Source of the DNA: a virus
Taxonomy: Duplodnaviria; Caudoviricetes
Virus record (IMG/VR): IMGVR_UViG_3300029305_003178
Coordinates: 96,001 to 160,000 of that record
Strand: one strand, 5' to 3'
DNA: 64,000 nucleotides
A program made the position numbers and the translations under genes. A model generated the notes under the pieces. That model saw only the letters and a list, made by a program, of their open reading frames with translations. It was not told where the DNA came from and made no database searches. Positions 39,350 through 49,307 of this stretch are shown here, piece after piece; the first letter of the stretch is position 1, and the number at the start of each line of letters is the position of its first letter.

Positions 39350-40099
39350 TTACATCTTGATTATCTTTTCTATAGGAGAATCAACCTGTTTTTTATTATA
39401 ATTTTTCATATTAAGTGATGCTGTTATCATTGCATCCATGTCTCTATAGGTGATGGCAGCAAATGTTGAGTTTCTCGCACATACTTCAGTAATATTAGCT
39501 GGAGTATATGCATATCTAGAAATATTCGGATTCTTTGCAACACTTTTAGAGAATTTATCACCATCTGGACCACGATTCATTTCTGCTAGAACGAATTCTA
39601 ATACTACAGGAGGTACATTTAAACTCAGACCATTAATATCCAAATTATTTAACCATACTGTAAGAAGATCATCATATGATACAGATTTAATAATTTTTTT
39701 ACTTAATACCATATTCAGAAAGTTAGATACGTTGCCAGCATTCTGTGAAATGTTTGATACCATTATTTTGTCACCTTTATAAAATTGAGCGACTTTATAT
39801 CGTTGTACTTCATCATACTGATTACCAAGCATATTAATATCTTTAGTTACAATATTAGATGGGAATAATGTAATATTAGTAGGAAGATTTAATACTTCAT
39901 CTACCAACATTTTTTCTTTTTCATCAAATACTCTAACATTTAATAGACCAATAGTATCAATATGTGTACCTATAAGTTGGGATAAATTAATTTCAAAATA
40001 ACTTTCTGGAATATATATTTCTATAAGATATGTATTGGATACGATATAACCTTTATCCTCTTTAATAAAAGATGATAACTTACCCATAACTATTTTCAC
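39350..40099 (-). CDS. hypothetical protein, possible detached C-terminal fragment of an RNAP beta' subunit
   Basis: VVLEFVLAEMNR and NSTFAAITYRDMDAMITASL resemble beta' C-terminal HIEVIVRQM and SFLSAASFQETTRVL segments. Confidence 0.4.
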   Translation of the reverse strand: MKIVMGKLSSFIKEDKGYIVSNTYLIEIYIPESYFEINLSQLIGTHIDTIGLLNVRVFDEKEKMLVDEVLNLPTNITLFPSNIVTKDINMLGNQYDEVQRYKVAQFYKGDKIMVSNISQNAGNVSNFLNMVLSKKIIKSVSYDDLLTVWLNNLDINGLSLNVPPVVLEFVLAEMNRGPDGDKFSKSVAKNPNISRYAYTPANITEVCARNSTFAAITYRDMDAMITASLNMKNYNKKQVDSPIEKIIKM

Positions 40100-40179
40100 C
40101 CCCTTGAGACGGATAAAAACTGATAAAGGCAGAATTCTACCTTTATCAGTATGTTTTTGTTATTCATTTTGCATTGATA

Positions 40180-41109
40180 TTATCTTTCAATCATTGCTAC
40201 TACTTCTTTAATATTATTGATGAATTTTTCTTTTTTCTCGTTATTCATTTTACCATAGCACAGATCTTTTAAGTTAACCATGAACTGAGAAATGAATACA
40301 CCCTGAGTTTTATCATGCTCATCCTGTTTCATATCTGCCACAAAGGAGATGAAAATTACTGCAAAAATATTAGGTCTTTTTGTATATTCTTCAGGGAGGA
40401 AAGCTTTTTCAATATTACCATATTTAAGAATATTTTCACTAATACCAAAGTATTTAATATTCTTTTCATACTTATTAAATACTTTTCTAGTTTTAGCTTC
40501 AATACCATAAATAGAGTAAATAGATCTACGTTTAACCTCATTAGATAAATATTTTTTAATATTATCCAGTGAGAAAGCATTATCAACCTCAGTCATAATT
40601 TTTCTAATTTTAGTTTTTTCTTCTTCATCTTCAGATGTTTCCAATCTTTCAGTCAATCTATTCATAATTACATCTGACATAGTATCGAATTCGTTTGTGA
40701 GTTTTTCGAATTCCTCTCTACTTTCAGCAAGATCTTCATTAAGTTTTCTAGTTTCTTCGTCAATATATGCAAAAGTATCAATAGCTCTTTTTCTAAATAA
40801 TAAGAAGTCTCGTTTAATATCAATATCTCTATCTATTTCTCTATTAACAAGTTTAACTTCTTCATCACCAATACTAAAGATAGCATCAATATCATCATCA
40901 GACAAAGCTTTAATTTCATCTTCTGTCATGGAATTTAATTTAGCATCAATAGCGTCAGTAGCTTCTTCATCACCAAGCATAGCTCTAGACTGAGCTTTGA
41001 TCATTTCTTTTGCTTTAATACCCTCATCAAATTTATTTTTGATATTAATAAATTTAATCGCTTCTCTATCACTATCTGTCAAAATATCAAAATTTTTAAT
41101 TGGTTCCAT
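40180..41109 (-). CDS. hypothetical coiled-coil protein
   Basis: 309-aa charged helical ORF. Confidence 0.75.
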   Translation of the reverse strand: MEPIKNFDILTDSDREAIKFINIKNKFDEGIKAKEMIKAQSRAMLGDEEATDAIDAKLNSMTEDEIKALSDDDIDAIFSIGDEEVKLVNREIDRDIDIKRDFLLFRKRAIDTFAYIDEETRKLNEDLAESREEFEKLTNEFDTMSDVIMNRLTERLETSEDEEEKTKIRKIMTEVDNAFSLDNIKKYLSNEVKRRSIYSIYGIEAKTRKVFNKYEKNIKYFGISENILKYGNIEKAFLPEEYTKRPNIFAVIFISFVADMKQDEHDKTQGVFISQFMVNLKDLCYGKMNNEKKEKFINNIKEVVAMIER

Positions 41110-41882
41110 TATTCATCTTCTCCCTCTAATAAATTTTTATTAATATATTTTTGTCTTATTTTAATGAAAATATCATCAATTACGTAATCATATTCATCGG
41201 TACATAGATCAATATAAGTACGGACAAAATCACCATTTAGGATATCTTCATTAATAAGATCTTTTACAACACTAGCATTATAATTATTTTTACCAGCACT
41301 TAACTCGATAAATTCTTCATTTTCCATCTCTAATGATATTATATAATTAATGATAGATGATAAATTAGAAATAATAGTTAAATCATCTGGATTTTTAAAT
41401 TGTTTTTTATATACAAGAGTGGATACATCTTTCTTGTTTTTATCAGCATAATAATTAGTAAATTCTTTCTTATGTGTATTGATATACTTACTAATATATT
41501 TAGTAATATTTTTAGTATATCTTAAAATAAAATACTCGTATAAAGCTTGACCAATATCTACAATATCAGATCTATTTGCAATAGATGTCAAATCTAAATC
41601 CAGATTAAATCTATCGCTTAATTTAGATAAAATATTAATGAAGAAATCGTTCATCGCATTATCAATACCTTCTATGATTTCTTCATTATCTCCATATATA
41701 TCTCTAAATTCATCAGCTTTTTCTGTAATTGAATCGATATAATCCACATTAGTAGACAGTGGGTTATTAATCTGCTCATAAATACTTTCTCTTAATAAAT
41801 CAAATGGTAGCTCTGCTACTAAATTATCCAATTCAACAGATGTAATTGGTTCATATTCTTCTCTATTGTAAAAATGTCCCAA
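41109..41882 (-). CDS. hypothetical protein
   Basis: 257-aa ORF with TTG start, late promoter 41917-41928. Confidence 0.7.
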   Translation of the reverse strand: MGHFYNREEYEPITSVELDNLVAELPFDLLRESIYEQINNPLSTNVDYIDSITEKADEFRDIYGDNEEIIEGIDNAMNDFFINILSKLSDRFNLDLDLTSIANRSDIVDIGQALYEYFILRYTKNITKYISKYINTHKKEFTNYYADKNKKDVSTLVYKKQFKNPDDLTIISNLSSIINYIISLEMENEEFIELSAGKNNYNASVVKDLINEDILNGDFVRTYIDLCTDEYDYVIDDIFIKIRQKYINKNLLEGEDE

Positions 41883-41961
41883 TTAAGAACACCATCCTTT
41901 CATAGTATAATTAAATTACTTAGATGTTAGTATACAAATATAAATGTACTAAAATAGTATG

Positions 41962-41997
41962 ATCCGTATTTTGAGAATTTTCGATTATATATTATTA
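41962..41997 (+). promoter_or_regulatory. extended early promoter, copy 2
   Basis: Identical 36-mer to 33956-33991; drives the small-ORF cassette 42085-43671. Confidence 0.75.
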
Positions 41998-42084
41998 CCA
42001 TGAAAGAATAAAATAATATCAATATTTTATAACTTTCTATGATCCTATACATAATATTTTATGCAACAAGAAGGAGGAATTATT

Positions 42085-42348
42085 ATGACAATGATGGTAG
42101 TAGAAGAAAGAAGAAATAGAAGAGGGAATCTTACATTCCGGAGATACTCCAATGGATATGAGGAATATTGGAAGTATACAACGGAAGGATTCCTCAAATC
42201 TCACACAGACAATCGTGGATATGAAATGAAATATCCTGATTGTGATGTGATGGATCCCTGGGATAAGGATGTTAAAGAAGACGTCTTATCTAGGGAATAT
42301 GAAAACGATCTCGATGCTAAATACGGCATCATTAGAGATTTTAACTAA
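42085..42348 (+). CDS. hypothetical early protein
   Basis: AAGGAGG RBS before ATG 42085. Confidence 0.7.
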   Translation: MTMMVVEERRNRRGNLTFRRYSNGYEEYWKYTTEGFLKSHTDNRGYEMKYPDCDVMDPWDKDVKEDVLSREYENDLDAKYGIIRDFN

Positions 42349-42370
42349 TTTTTAAAAGGAGGTAATTAAT

Positions 42371-42586
42371 ATGTCACGAGCATACAATTATAACGTAAGA
42401 GAATTCCGGAGAATTCTCATCGATAATGGCTATGAGTTTAAACGACAAACTGGTAGCCATCAAATCTGGGTGCGTCCAGATGAACATGGGAATGATATGG
42501 ATGTAATCAACATTCCCGCAACAAGCATTAACGCAATGCTTGCAAGACGTGTTATTAAAGAGCACAAATTATATGTTTATAAATAA
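42371..42586 (+). CDS. hicA: HicA-like mRNA interferase (dsRBD fold)
   Basis: ILIDNGYEFKRQTGSHQIW...INIP with conserved GSH histidine; 71 aa. Confidence 0.75.
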   Translation: MSRAYNYNVREFRRILIDNGYEFKRQTGSHQIWVRPDEHGNDMDVINIPATSINAMLARRVIKEHKLYVYK

Positions 42587-42615
42587 TTTTTACATACATT
42601 AAGGAGGTAACTAAA

Positions 42616-42984
42616 ATGAAAATCACAGCAGATATGTATATGGTGAAAAATTTCTACGAAACAAAATTACGAGTGATGCGTGAAGAACTGGATAATGATA
42701 TGTATATCGATGACCATAATGGAGAATTGAAAAAACCTGCAGGACTTGCAGTTCTTATGACTGGAGATGTTTGCCCAATCTTCAATTCTCGTTATTTCAG
42801 TCTTAATCCACTGGTTGAGGGTAGAGATTTCAGAATCCATCTGTCTAGATGCAGCACAGGTGGAGTAGTACAGCCCATGTACTATAATAATGATATTGGT
42901 AAGGCGATCAGTGCTTATAACGCAGAAATGATGCGTTACCCCAGAAAGCAGATCGCCGCATATATTTTATTCGAGGAGGAATAA
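42616..42984 (+). CDS. hypothetical early protein
   Basis: AAGGAGG RBS, 122 aa. Confidence 0.75.
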   Translation: MKITADMYMVKNFYETKLRVMREELDNDMYIDDHNGELKKPAGLAVLMTGDVCPIFNSRYFSLNPLVEGRDFRIHLSRCSTGGVVQPMYYNNDIGKAISAYNAEMMRYPRKQIAAYILFEEE

Positions 42985-42985
42985 T

Positions 42986-43264
42986 ATGTTTACTAGATAT
43001 AAATTTGGAGAACTAGAAATGCTTGAAATGCCTAACTATTTCGAGGGCTGTGTAACTAGAGAAGAAATCTCTAGAAGAGAAGTCGAAGTAAGTGCAGAGA
43101 TTGCTCGTAAGCATAAAGAGGATATGGATGCTATTGAAAAACGTCATATTGAAAGAATGACTATTATCGATACAATCGGTAAACGCATGGTAGAGTGCAA
43201 TAATTCCGAAGATCTTCAGAAAGAAATGGATGCAATGCTTAACGCACTGAAAGGTAAATGGTGA
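42986..43264 (+). CDS. hypothetical early protein
   Basis: GAGGAGG RBS, 92 aa. Confidence 0.7.
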   Translation: MFTRYKFGELEMLEMPNYFEGCVTREEISRREVEVSAEIARKHKEDMDAIEKRHIERMTIIDTIGKRMVECNNSEDLQKEMDAMLNALKGKW

Positions 43265-43277
43265 GGAGGATTTAGTT

Positions 43278-43427
43278 ATGAGTGACTTTAATGCATATGT
43301 TTATCTTGAAGAAATCAATAAAGATTTCGAAGAAAAACGTAAGAAATTAAAAGACAAAGAAGACTCCATCAAACATGAAATGGAAAATGATGGATTTGAT
43401 GAAATGTGCGCGGAACTTTTTAAATGA
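43278..43427 (+). CDS. small hypothetical protein (49 aa)
   Basis: Read manually: GAGGAGG RBS, MSDFNAYVYLEEINKDFEEKRKKLK... Confidence 0.65.
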   Translation: MSDFNAYVYLEEINKDFEEKRKKLKDKEDSIKHEMENDGFDEMCAELFK

Positions 43428-43440
43428 GGAGGATATAACT

Positions 43441-43671
43441 ATGAAGGAAAGAAAAGATTATGTATTCAACATGACACCAGTAGATTTTCTGTGCAATGTA
43501 TTTATCTGGACAGTTGGGGTAAAGGTTTGCTCTCAGTTCGTATGTGACACAATTGTAAAATTTGTCACATTATATAAACAGCATAAAAAAGCATATAAAA
43601 AATATAAAGATGGTATCTCTAAAGGTTTCGAAGAAGCCAAAAGAGATATCATCAAAAACGGTGTAGAATAA
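43441..43671 (+). CDS. small hypothetical protein with hydrophobic segment
   Basis: GAGGAGG RBS before ATG 43441. Confidence 0.65.
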   Translation: MKERKDYVFNMTPVDFLCNVFIWTVGVKVCSQFVCDTIVKFVTLYKQHKKAYKKYKDGISKGFEEAKRDIIKNGVE

Positions 43672-43673
43672 AT

Positions 43674-43715
43674 AAGAAAGAAAGTAGAGATCACTCTCTA
43701 CTTTCTTTTTTTTTT
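43674..43715. terminator. bidirectional terminator between the early cassette and terminase
   Basis: AAGAAAGTAGAGA/TCTCTACTTTCTT stem followed by T-run. Confidence 0.8.
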
Positions 43716-43716
43716 G

Positions 43717-45915
43717 TTAACTATTCAAATCTGTAAAATCTACAAATACTTCATTATCCTCAAACTCATTATCCATATTTTCATACGAATTAATAAAGTT
43801 TGCACCTCTTAATCTTACTGCAGATTCTCGCTCTGCTTGCAACATTTCTCTATAAATTTTCTGTTGATATGGATCTAATTTTGGAGCTCCACTATTAACA
43901 GTTCGTTTCATAGTTCTCATACTAGAAATCATTTCATCTTCACTAATTAAACCACGCTTCTCTTCTATTAATGCTGCTATATTAAAATCATTTCCTGTAG
44001 ATTCCATTTTAGGAGCAGATTCAAAAAACTGTTTATCAGTTTCACTAAGCATATCAACCAATTGATCATATCCATAATCCATACCTTTATTCATTTCATC
44101 TTCACTTGGAAGAGAACCTCTAACGAATCCATATCTGGATAAGTTATTACCATAATAGTACAGATAGATACACATTAAGAAAGACATAATACTGTCATCG
44201 TGGGCCCCATTAGCGGCTTGGATTTTATTATTCTTTCTAACCAATTTCATAATATCATCTATGATATTTTCACATACAAATACATCTTTATTTTCTTTAA
44301 TTAACCCGCCAAGTAATTCAAACATTCTCTGACGTGATTTTGTACCAGTATAAATACCATAGAGTTTCCTTTTTTCTGCTTGTTTTTCTAAGAAACCTTT
44401 ACTATCAACTTTATCATCCAAGTCTTGCACAAGATCTTTAGAATTATCATAATAAATGTTAGCTCTAACAGAGCTATCTCTAAGATGTTCAAGTACAGCT
44501 TCACCATTGGCGTTTCGTTCAATTGCAAGTATAGATCTAGGGATATATTGTCTAACTAATACATATAATAAATTAATTAAATCTTTTACCCCGATATATG
44601 GAGATCTAAATTCAGCAACTGATTTAAATTCATATGGGTCAAAGATAGTGATCGCACTACTATCTTCATTATAACCATTAGCAACGTCGACACCAATAAA
44701 ATATATTTTATTTTTATCTAATTTAGAATAAATATCTAATTTAAAATATTTAATTATAAAAAGTTCTTCAATAATAGTACCTTTTTTATCAGTGATTGCT
44801 TGCAGATCCTCTGCATCATAAGGGCTAAGATTGGAACCTCTTAAACGCTGTAAAAGGAGTTCTCGTTTAATTTTTAATTTATCACCATTAAGGAAAGAAC
44901 ACATTCTATTGAACCAGTCTTCATCTTTACCAAGCTGTTTATAACTATATTCGATATAGACAATTCTATTTTTAGAGTTCATAAGAATAGTATTTTTAAC
45001 GTCTTCTATATCCATATCATAGAACTTTTCTGTCCATTTGTATGTATTATCCAAAATTGCAAGTGCCTCGATACCAGATTCAGAGTCGAGATCGCCAGGA
45101 GTTGATGTGATGCATCTACCATACATACCTTTATTTCTCTCAGCGTTGGCAGAGGCTGTACTGAATGCTGGACCAGCTGCAGCCATAATAGTACCAATTT
45201 TAGGAATAAATTCAAATTCATCGATAAACTGAATAGGCATAGTGGAACCACGTCCTATACGTTCAGCATCAGTTACAGATCTAGCCTGACCTTTTGTAAC
45301 AATTTTATTTTTAGTTGATTCATTTGCTAATGTTTTTACGTTATCTATAGCTTTAACTTCTTTACCTTCATCGTCTATATGAACTTTAAACTGAAGATAT
45401 TTTGGTAATAAGTCTCTTTGTGTTTTAAGACGGTTTAAGTTTTCAATTGATTTTGGTGCTTCCATATTAAGGAATAAGAACTCAGAGTTTGTTGTACCTA
45501 ATAAAAATGCCCAGTCTAATATCGAAATAACACTCTGTGTTTTACCTATCTGTCGAGGTATTACTAGATAAAAGTCAATACCATTAAGAAAACACCAAGT
45601 TGCAGCTAAATTTGCACGGTTTAATGAATAACTGATACCCTTTGGATTACCTTGGTCTTCGATTCTTGCAACCTCTCTTAAGAAATACCAAGGGTTAATA
45701 ACACATTCATTAATAATTCTAATTATATATTCTTCAGGAAGCATTGGATCGTGAGGATCAATACCTTGTAAACTAGTGTCATATAATTTTAAGAAAAACA
45801 TATGATCTCTGATACCTAATCTTTTTAAGTCCAATGCTGTTTGAATAAATGATATATTTGTTGTCTTCGTATCGTATATATATCTACGAGCCATACAAAT
45901 ATTCACTCCTTTCAT
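43717..45915 (-). CDS. terminase large subunit
   Basis: Walker A IPRQIGKT, Walker B FIDEFEF, coupling motif TSTPG, nuclease IGVDVANG and AHDDSIMS; likely start ATG 45894. Confidence 0.92.
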   Translation of the reverse strand: MKGVNICMARRYIYDTKTTNISFIQTALDLKRLGIRDHMFFLKLYDTSLQGIDPHDPMLPEEYIIRIINECVINPWYFLREVARIEDQGNPKGISYSLNRANLAATWCFLNGIDFYLVIPRQIGKTQSVISILDWAFLLGTTNSEFLFLNMEAPKSIENLNRLKTQRDLLPKYLQFKVHIDDEGKEVKAIDNVKTLANESTKNKIVTKGQARSVTDAERIGRGSTMPIQFIDEFEFIPKIGTIMAAAGPAFSTASANAERNKGMYGRCITSTPGDLDSESGIEALAILDNTYKWTEKFYDMDIEDVKNTILMNSKNRIVYIEYSYKQLGKDEDWFNRMCSFLNGDKLKIKRELLLQRLRGSNLSPYDAEDLQAITDKKGTIIEELFIIKYFKLDIYSKLDKNKIYFIGVDVANGYNEDSSAITIFDPYEFKSVAEFRSPYIGVKDLINLLYVLVRQYIPRSILAIERNANGEAVLEHLRDSSVRANIYYDNSKDLVQDLDDKVDSKGFLEKQAEKRKLYGIYTGTKSRQRMFELLGGLIKENKDVFVCENIIDDIMKLVRKNNKIQAANGAHDDSIMSFLMCIYLYYYGNNLSRYGFVRGSLPSEDEMNKGMDYGYDQLVDMLSETDKQFFESAPKMESTGNDFNIAALIEEKRGLISEDEMISSMRTMKRTVNSGAPKLDPYQQKIYREMLQAERESAVRLRGANFINSYENMDNEFEDNEVFVDFTDLNS

Positions 45916-45966
45916 AAATTAAAGAGAATTACTTATGAATACATCATAAGTAATTCCCATTATATT

Positions 45967-47253
45967 TTATCCTTCAAAGTTTCTAGGTGATTTAACCCAT
46001 AACTGATAAGTTTTATCTAAAACTTTTGTATTCATAATATTAGAGCGAATTCTTTCAAGCTGTTCTTTTTTAGATAATAAAGTAGCTTTAGAATCCTGAA
46101 CTCTATTTGATTTGCCTTCATCAATTAATTCTAATGAATAATTGATTGTCTCCATCATATCATACAATTTATCTAACAGATAGATTTTATCATCATTTGT
46201 ATCAATTCTTTCACTTTCTACAAATAAGATGTCGATATCAGACTGCTGAATTTTTCTTACTTTACCGATAGAACTAAACATTCCTTTTTTAGCTTCAGTA
46301 AGAACTCTCATAACATGTTCATACAGATAAGCTTCTGCCTGTAATTCTGCATACAGGTCTTTAGATTCACCTGTAAACTGTTCAGATAACAGGACTCTAT
46401 ATCTGTCTGTTGTAGCACCAAAGAATTCAGAATAAATGTTCTGAATTATTGTTTTAGTGACTTTAGAAGGAGTCTTAAGCAATTCAACTTTCAGAGCTTT
46501 TTTAAGATCTTTCTTTCTAAATTCTAATTCTTTGATATTATTTATAGTCCAGTTAACAACAGCTTTAACATCTTTTTCCTGATCTGCTTCTGTTTTATTA
46601 ACTAAAGAGTTACCTTGAGAAGCAATTAACTTCTGAATAAAACTATTTAACTGATCACCATAGCCATATTTAACAACAAAAGAATCAGCAATAGTTTCTT
46701 TTTTTCTATCAGAAATTAATGAAAATGATGTTGTTGAGCACATTTCAAGAATACTAAGATTAAATAATTTTCTAATCTTTTCATTTGATGCCAGTGCTTT
46801 CAATCTAAAGTTTAATTTCATTACTGAATATCTTAAAATTCTATTAATCTTATCTGGAATAGACTGAGAATATACTACATGGCCAATTTCATGTAATAAT
46901 ACAGCTGTCATTTCAGAAGGATTAGCTTTAAGATTCATGTCATATAATAAAATACTATCAATTTCTATATACCATGTTTTATTATCATGCCATAAATCTA
47001 CTAATTCATCAGTAGAAGATTTTTTAGATAAAATATTTTCAACTAATTTATCCATAGTAGATTCATCTGGATAAACAGACATACCGAAGAATTCATTTGT
47101 AGTATTATTTACAATAATAACACTAAAATCCATATCAAACATTCTTTTCAGAATGATTTCAATTTTTCTAAGATTTTCGTCAATATTTTCTTTATTTTTA
47201 ATCTTAAAGAAACACTTATCTATTGACATTAAATCATTAGTAGCGATGTTCAT
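45967..47253 (-). CDS. putative zinc metallopeptidase-domain virion protein
   Basis: AVLLHEIGH (HExxH) plus downstream KETIADSF..KYGYG; directly downstream of the capsid gene. Confidence 0.65.
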   Translation of the reverse strand: MNIATNDLMSIDKCFFKIKNKENIDENLRKIEIILKRMFDMDFSVIIVNNTTNEFFGMSVYPDESTMDKLVENILSKKSSTDELVDLWHDNKTWYIEIDSILLYDMNLKANPSEMTAVLLHEIGHVVYSQSIPDKINRILRYSVMKLNFRLKALASNEKIRKLFNLSILEMCSTTSFSLISDRKKETIADSFVVKYGYGDQLNSFIQKLIASQGNSLVNKTEADQEKDVKAVVNWTINNIKELEFRKKDLKKALKVELLKTPSKVTKTIIQNIYSEFFGATTDRYRVLLSEQFTGESKDLYAELQAEAYLYEHVMRVLTEAKKGMFSSIGKVRKIQQSDIDILFVESERIDTNDDKIYLLDKLYDMMETINYSLELIDEGKSNRVQDSKATLLSKKEQLERIRSNIMNTKVLDKTYQLWVKSPRNFEG

Positions 47254-47338
47254 TTTTTCATCACCCTTTCAAAATTTAATTAAAAAATAGAGAACTCTTA
47301 TTAATTAAGAGTTCTCTAAATATATGTCAATTTAAATA

Positions 47339-49291
47339 TTAGTTAATTGTGTAATCAGCGGATACAACAGCACTGTTGATCATACCTACTTTATAAGCTA
47401 CTACTTTCAGTGTAGCACCTGCTGCAACAGTAATCATACCGTTGTACAGTGTAGATGTTGTATCAGGTGTGTTACCATCCAGTGTGTAGTAAATGTTTAC
47501 ACCAGGAGTTGCACAGCTAACTGTTACAGACTGTGTGCCTGTATATGTACCAGAAGCCAGGCTAATTACGGGAGCTGCAACCTGAGCTGTTACTGCAGCG
47601 TTAGGATCTTTCAGAGCGAACTGATTTTCCAGAATATGGAATTCACCCTGTACAGGCAGTACATGTGTTGTGATGTATCTGCTTGTACCCATGATGTTGG
47701 GTGTCAGAGGTGTCAGAGCGTTTCTGTAAGCGTTTTCGATGTTCAGGCTGTATTTGTAGTGTTTGAATGTGATCAGCTCTTTGGACAGAGGGTAAGCAAC
47801 TACACGCAGACCTCTATCTTTAGGGCATTTCAGTGTAGAAATTACATGAATTCTGTTTTTGTTAGCTGTCATAACACCAAATCTATAATCCAGCTGGATA
47901 CCACCGATCTTAGTATCTTCGTCGATTACCCATCTTACGTTATCCTGAATCAGTGTAACATTGTTGGGATGACCATATACTACAAACATAATATCCTGTT
48001 CTTTCAGCAGAACTTTCAGTTCATCAATAAATCTGTTCAGATCGTATTTCAGTTCTGTATCGATCCACTGAGAACGTGTAACGAATTTGTTTGCAGGAGG
48101 TTCACAGTTGAAGTAGCCCTGTTTTGTAAAACCACCTGTGTAACCGAAAGGCAGGTCTGTTCTTGTTTTCCAGTCATCATACTGCTGGTTCAGATAGCCC
48201 AGAATGTCGCTATCTTCTTTCTGTGTCAGAACTGTGGACATATCAGCAATGATTTCTGTTGTGATATCGAAATCAAACAGTGCTTTATAGTCTTTAATTT
48301 TTTCCAGTGTCAGACCTGTGTTGATTCTGTCACCATCAGGAATTTTCCATTCCATCAGTTCTCTTTCTCTATCCAGTTCGATTGTTCTCACGTTGTTTTC
48401 ATTGGACAGATGACCACCGAATGCAACCTGTTTAATCAGACCTTTTGTAGAAGCACAGGATACTGTACCCCAATAGAAGTCAAACTGACCTGTCAGGATA
48501 TCTTCAATTACAGTACCATCTTCTTTTCTATATTTAACACGAGAAGTGAAAGAACTGTCAGCAGCCATATTAGGTTCAATATGAACAGCGATAGTTTTCA
48601 TTTCACCGTCAACTTCCATTGTAACGGATTTTACATGAACGTCATAAGAGAATGTATCTCTACGAGAAACGCTACCACCATTAGCTTCCAGCAGGTTGAA
48701 ATCCTGGAAAGGCAGTGTGCCACCAACGGGATACAGGACATTAGAAATTTCTACACCTCTGCCTTTACCCATGATTTCTTTATAAGATTCATCATAGAAT
48801 ACGTCAGGAATGTAGTATTTTTTACCCTGTTCGTCTTTCAGGAAACGTCTTTCGAAAGCCGCTTTGATAATGGGTTTTGTAGGAATTTCTGTCATAACGA
48901 TATCTTTGCTATGACCTTCAATGTAAGATTTTTTCAGAACGGGCAGTGTAATACCAACGATAGGAGCCAGTGTAGCAACACCAGATTCTGTCAGCATTTC
49001 CAGTGAGGAGTTTTCAAACAGCTGTTCCATTTTCTGAGGCAGCATTGCATAGAAAGGATCATCTGCACCAACGGAATTTTCCATAACGTCTGCAAGCAGC
49101 ATATCTTTATATGCTTCTTTCAGTGTGTCAACACGGAGAATTTTTGTGATGTCAGTAATTGCATCCATACTATATGTGCTCTGGAAACCTTCGAACAGGT
49201 GTTTTACGTTATCTTTAAAATCTGCATTTTTATCATGTGAAAATGAACCGATAACCTTCAGACTACCGGGATTATCTAAATAATCATACAT
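47339..49291 (-). CDS. major capsid protein with C-terminal Fn3/chitobiase-C-like domain
   Basis: Most extreme codon bias in the window; late promoter 49320-49331; N-terminal propeptide with VMEN/LTES sites; last ~80 aa APVISLASGTY...IYYTLDGNTP...YNGMITV...LKVVAYK. Confidence 0.8.
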   Translation of the reverse strand: MYDYLDNPGSLKVIGSFSHDKNADFKDNVKHLFEGFQSTYSMDAITDITKILRVDTLKEAYKDMLLADVMENSVGADDPFYAMLPQKMEQLFENSSLEMLTESGVATLAPIVGITLPVLKKSYIEGHSKDIVMTEIPTKPIIKAAFERRFLKDEQGKKYYIPDVFYDESYKEIMGKGRGVEISNVLYPVGGTLPFQDFNLLEANGGSVSRRDTFSYDVHVKSVTMEVDGEMKTIAVHIEPNMAADSSFTSRVKYRKEDGTVIEDILTGQFDFYWGTVSCASTKGLIKQVAFGGHLSNENNVRTIELDRERELMEWKIPDGDRINTGLTLEKIKDYKALFDFDITTEIIADMSTVLTQKEDSDILGYLNQQYDDWKTRTDLPFGYTGGFTKQGYFNCEPPANKFVTRSQWIDTELKYDLNRFIDELKVLLKEQDIMFVVYGHPNNVTLIQDNVRWVIDEDTKIGGIQLDYRFGVMTANKNRIHVISTLKCPKDRGLRVVAYPLSKELITFKHYKYSLNIENAYRNALTPLTPNIMGTSRYITTHVLPVQGEFHILENQFALKDPNAAVTAQVAAPVISLASGTYTGTQSVTVSCATPGVNIYYTLDGNTPDTTSTLYNGMITVAAGATLKVVAYKVGMINSAVVSADYTIN

Positions 49292-49307
49292 CTTTCAGCA
49301 CTTCCTT

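Noticed and set aside
389-45915. Introns, inteins or homing endonucleases in RNAP, DNA polymerase and terminase genes (common in AR9-like phages)
   Set aside because: ORFs are continuous, and no intein splice motifs or HNH/GIY-YIG/LAGLIDADG signatures were seen
47636-49006. 456-aa plus-strand ORF antisense to the capsid gene
   Set aside because: Shadow ORF caused by extreme codon bias of the capsid gene (few TTA/CTA/TCA codons); no RBS, implausible composition
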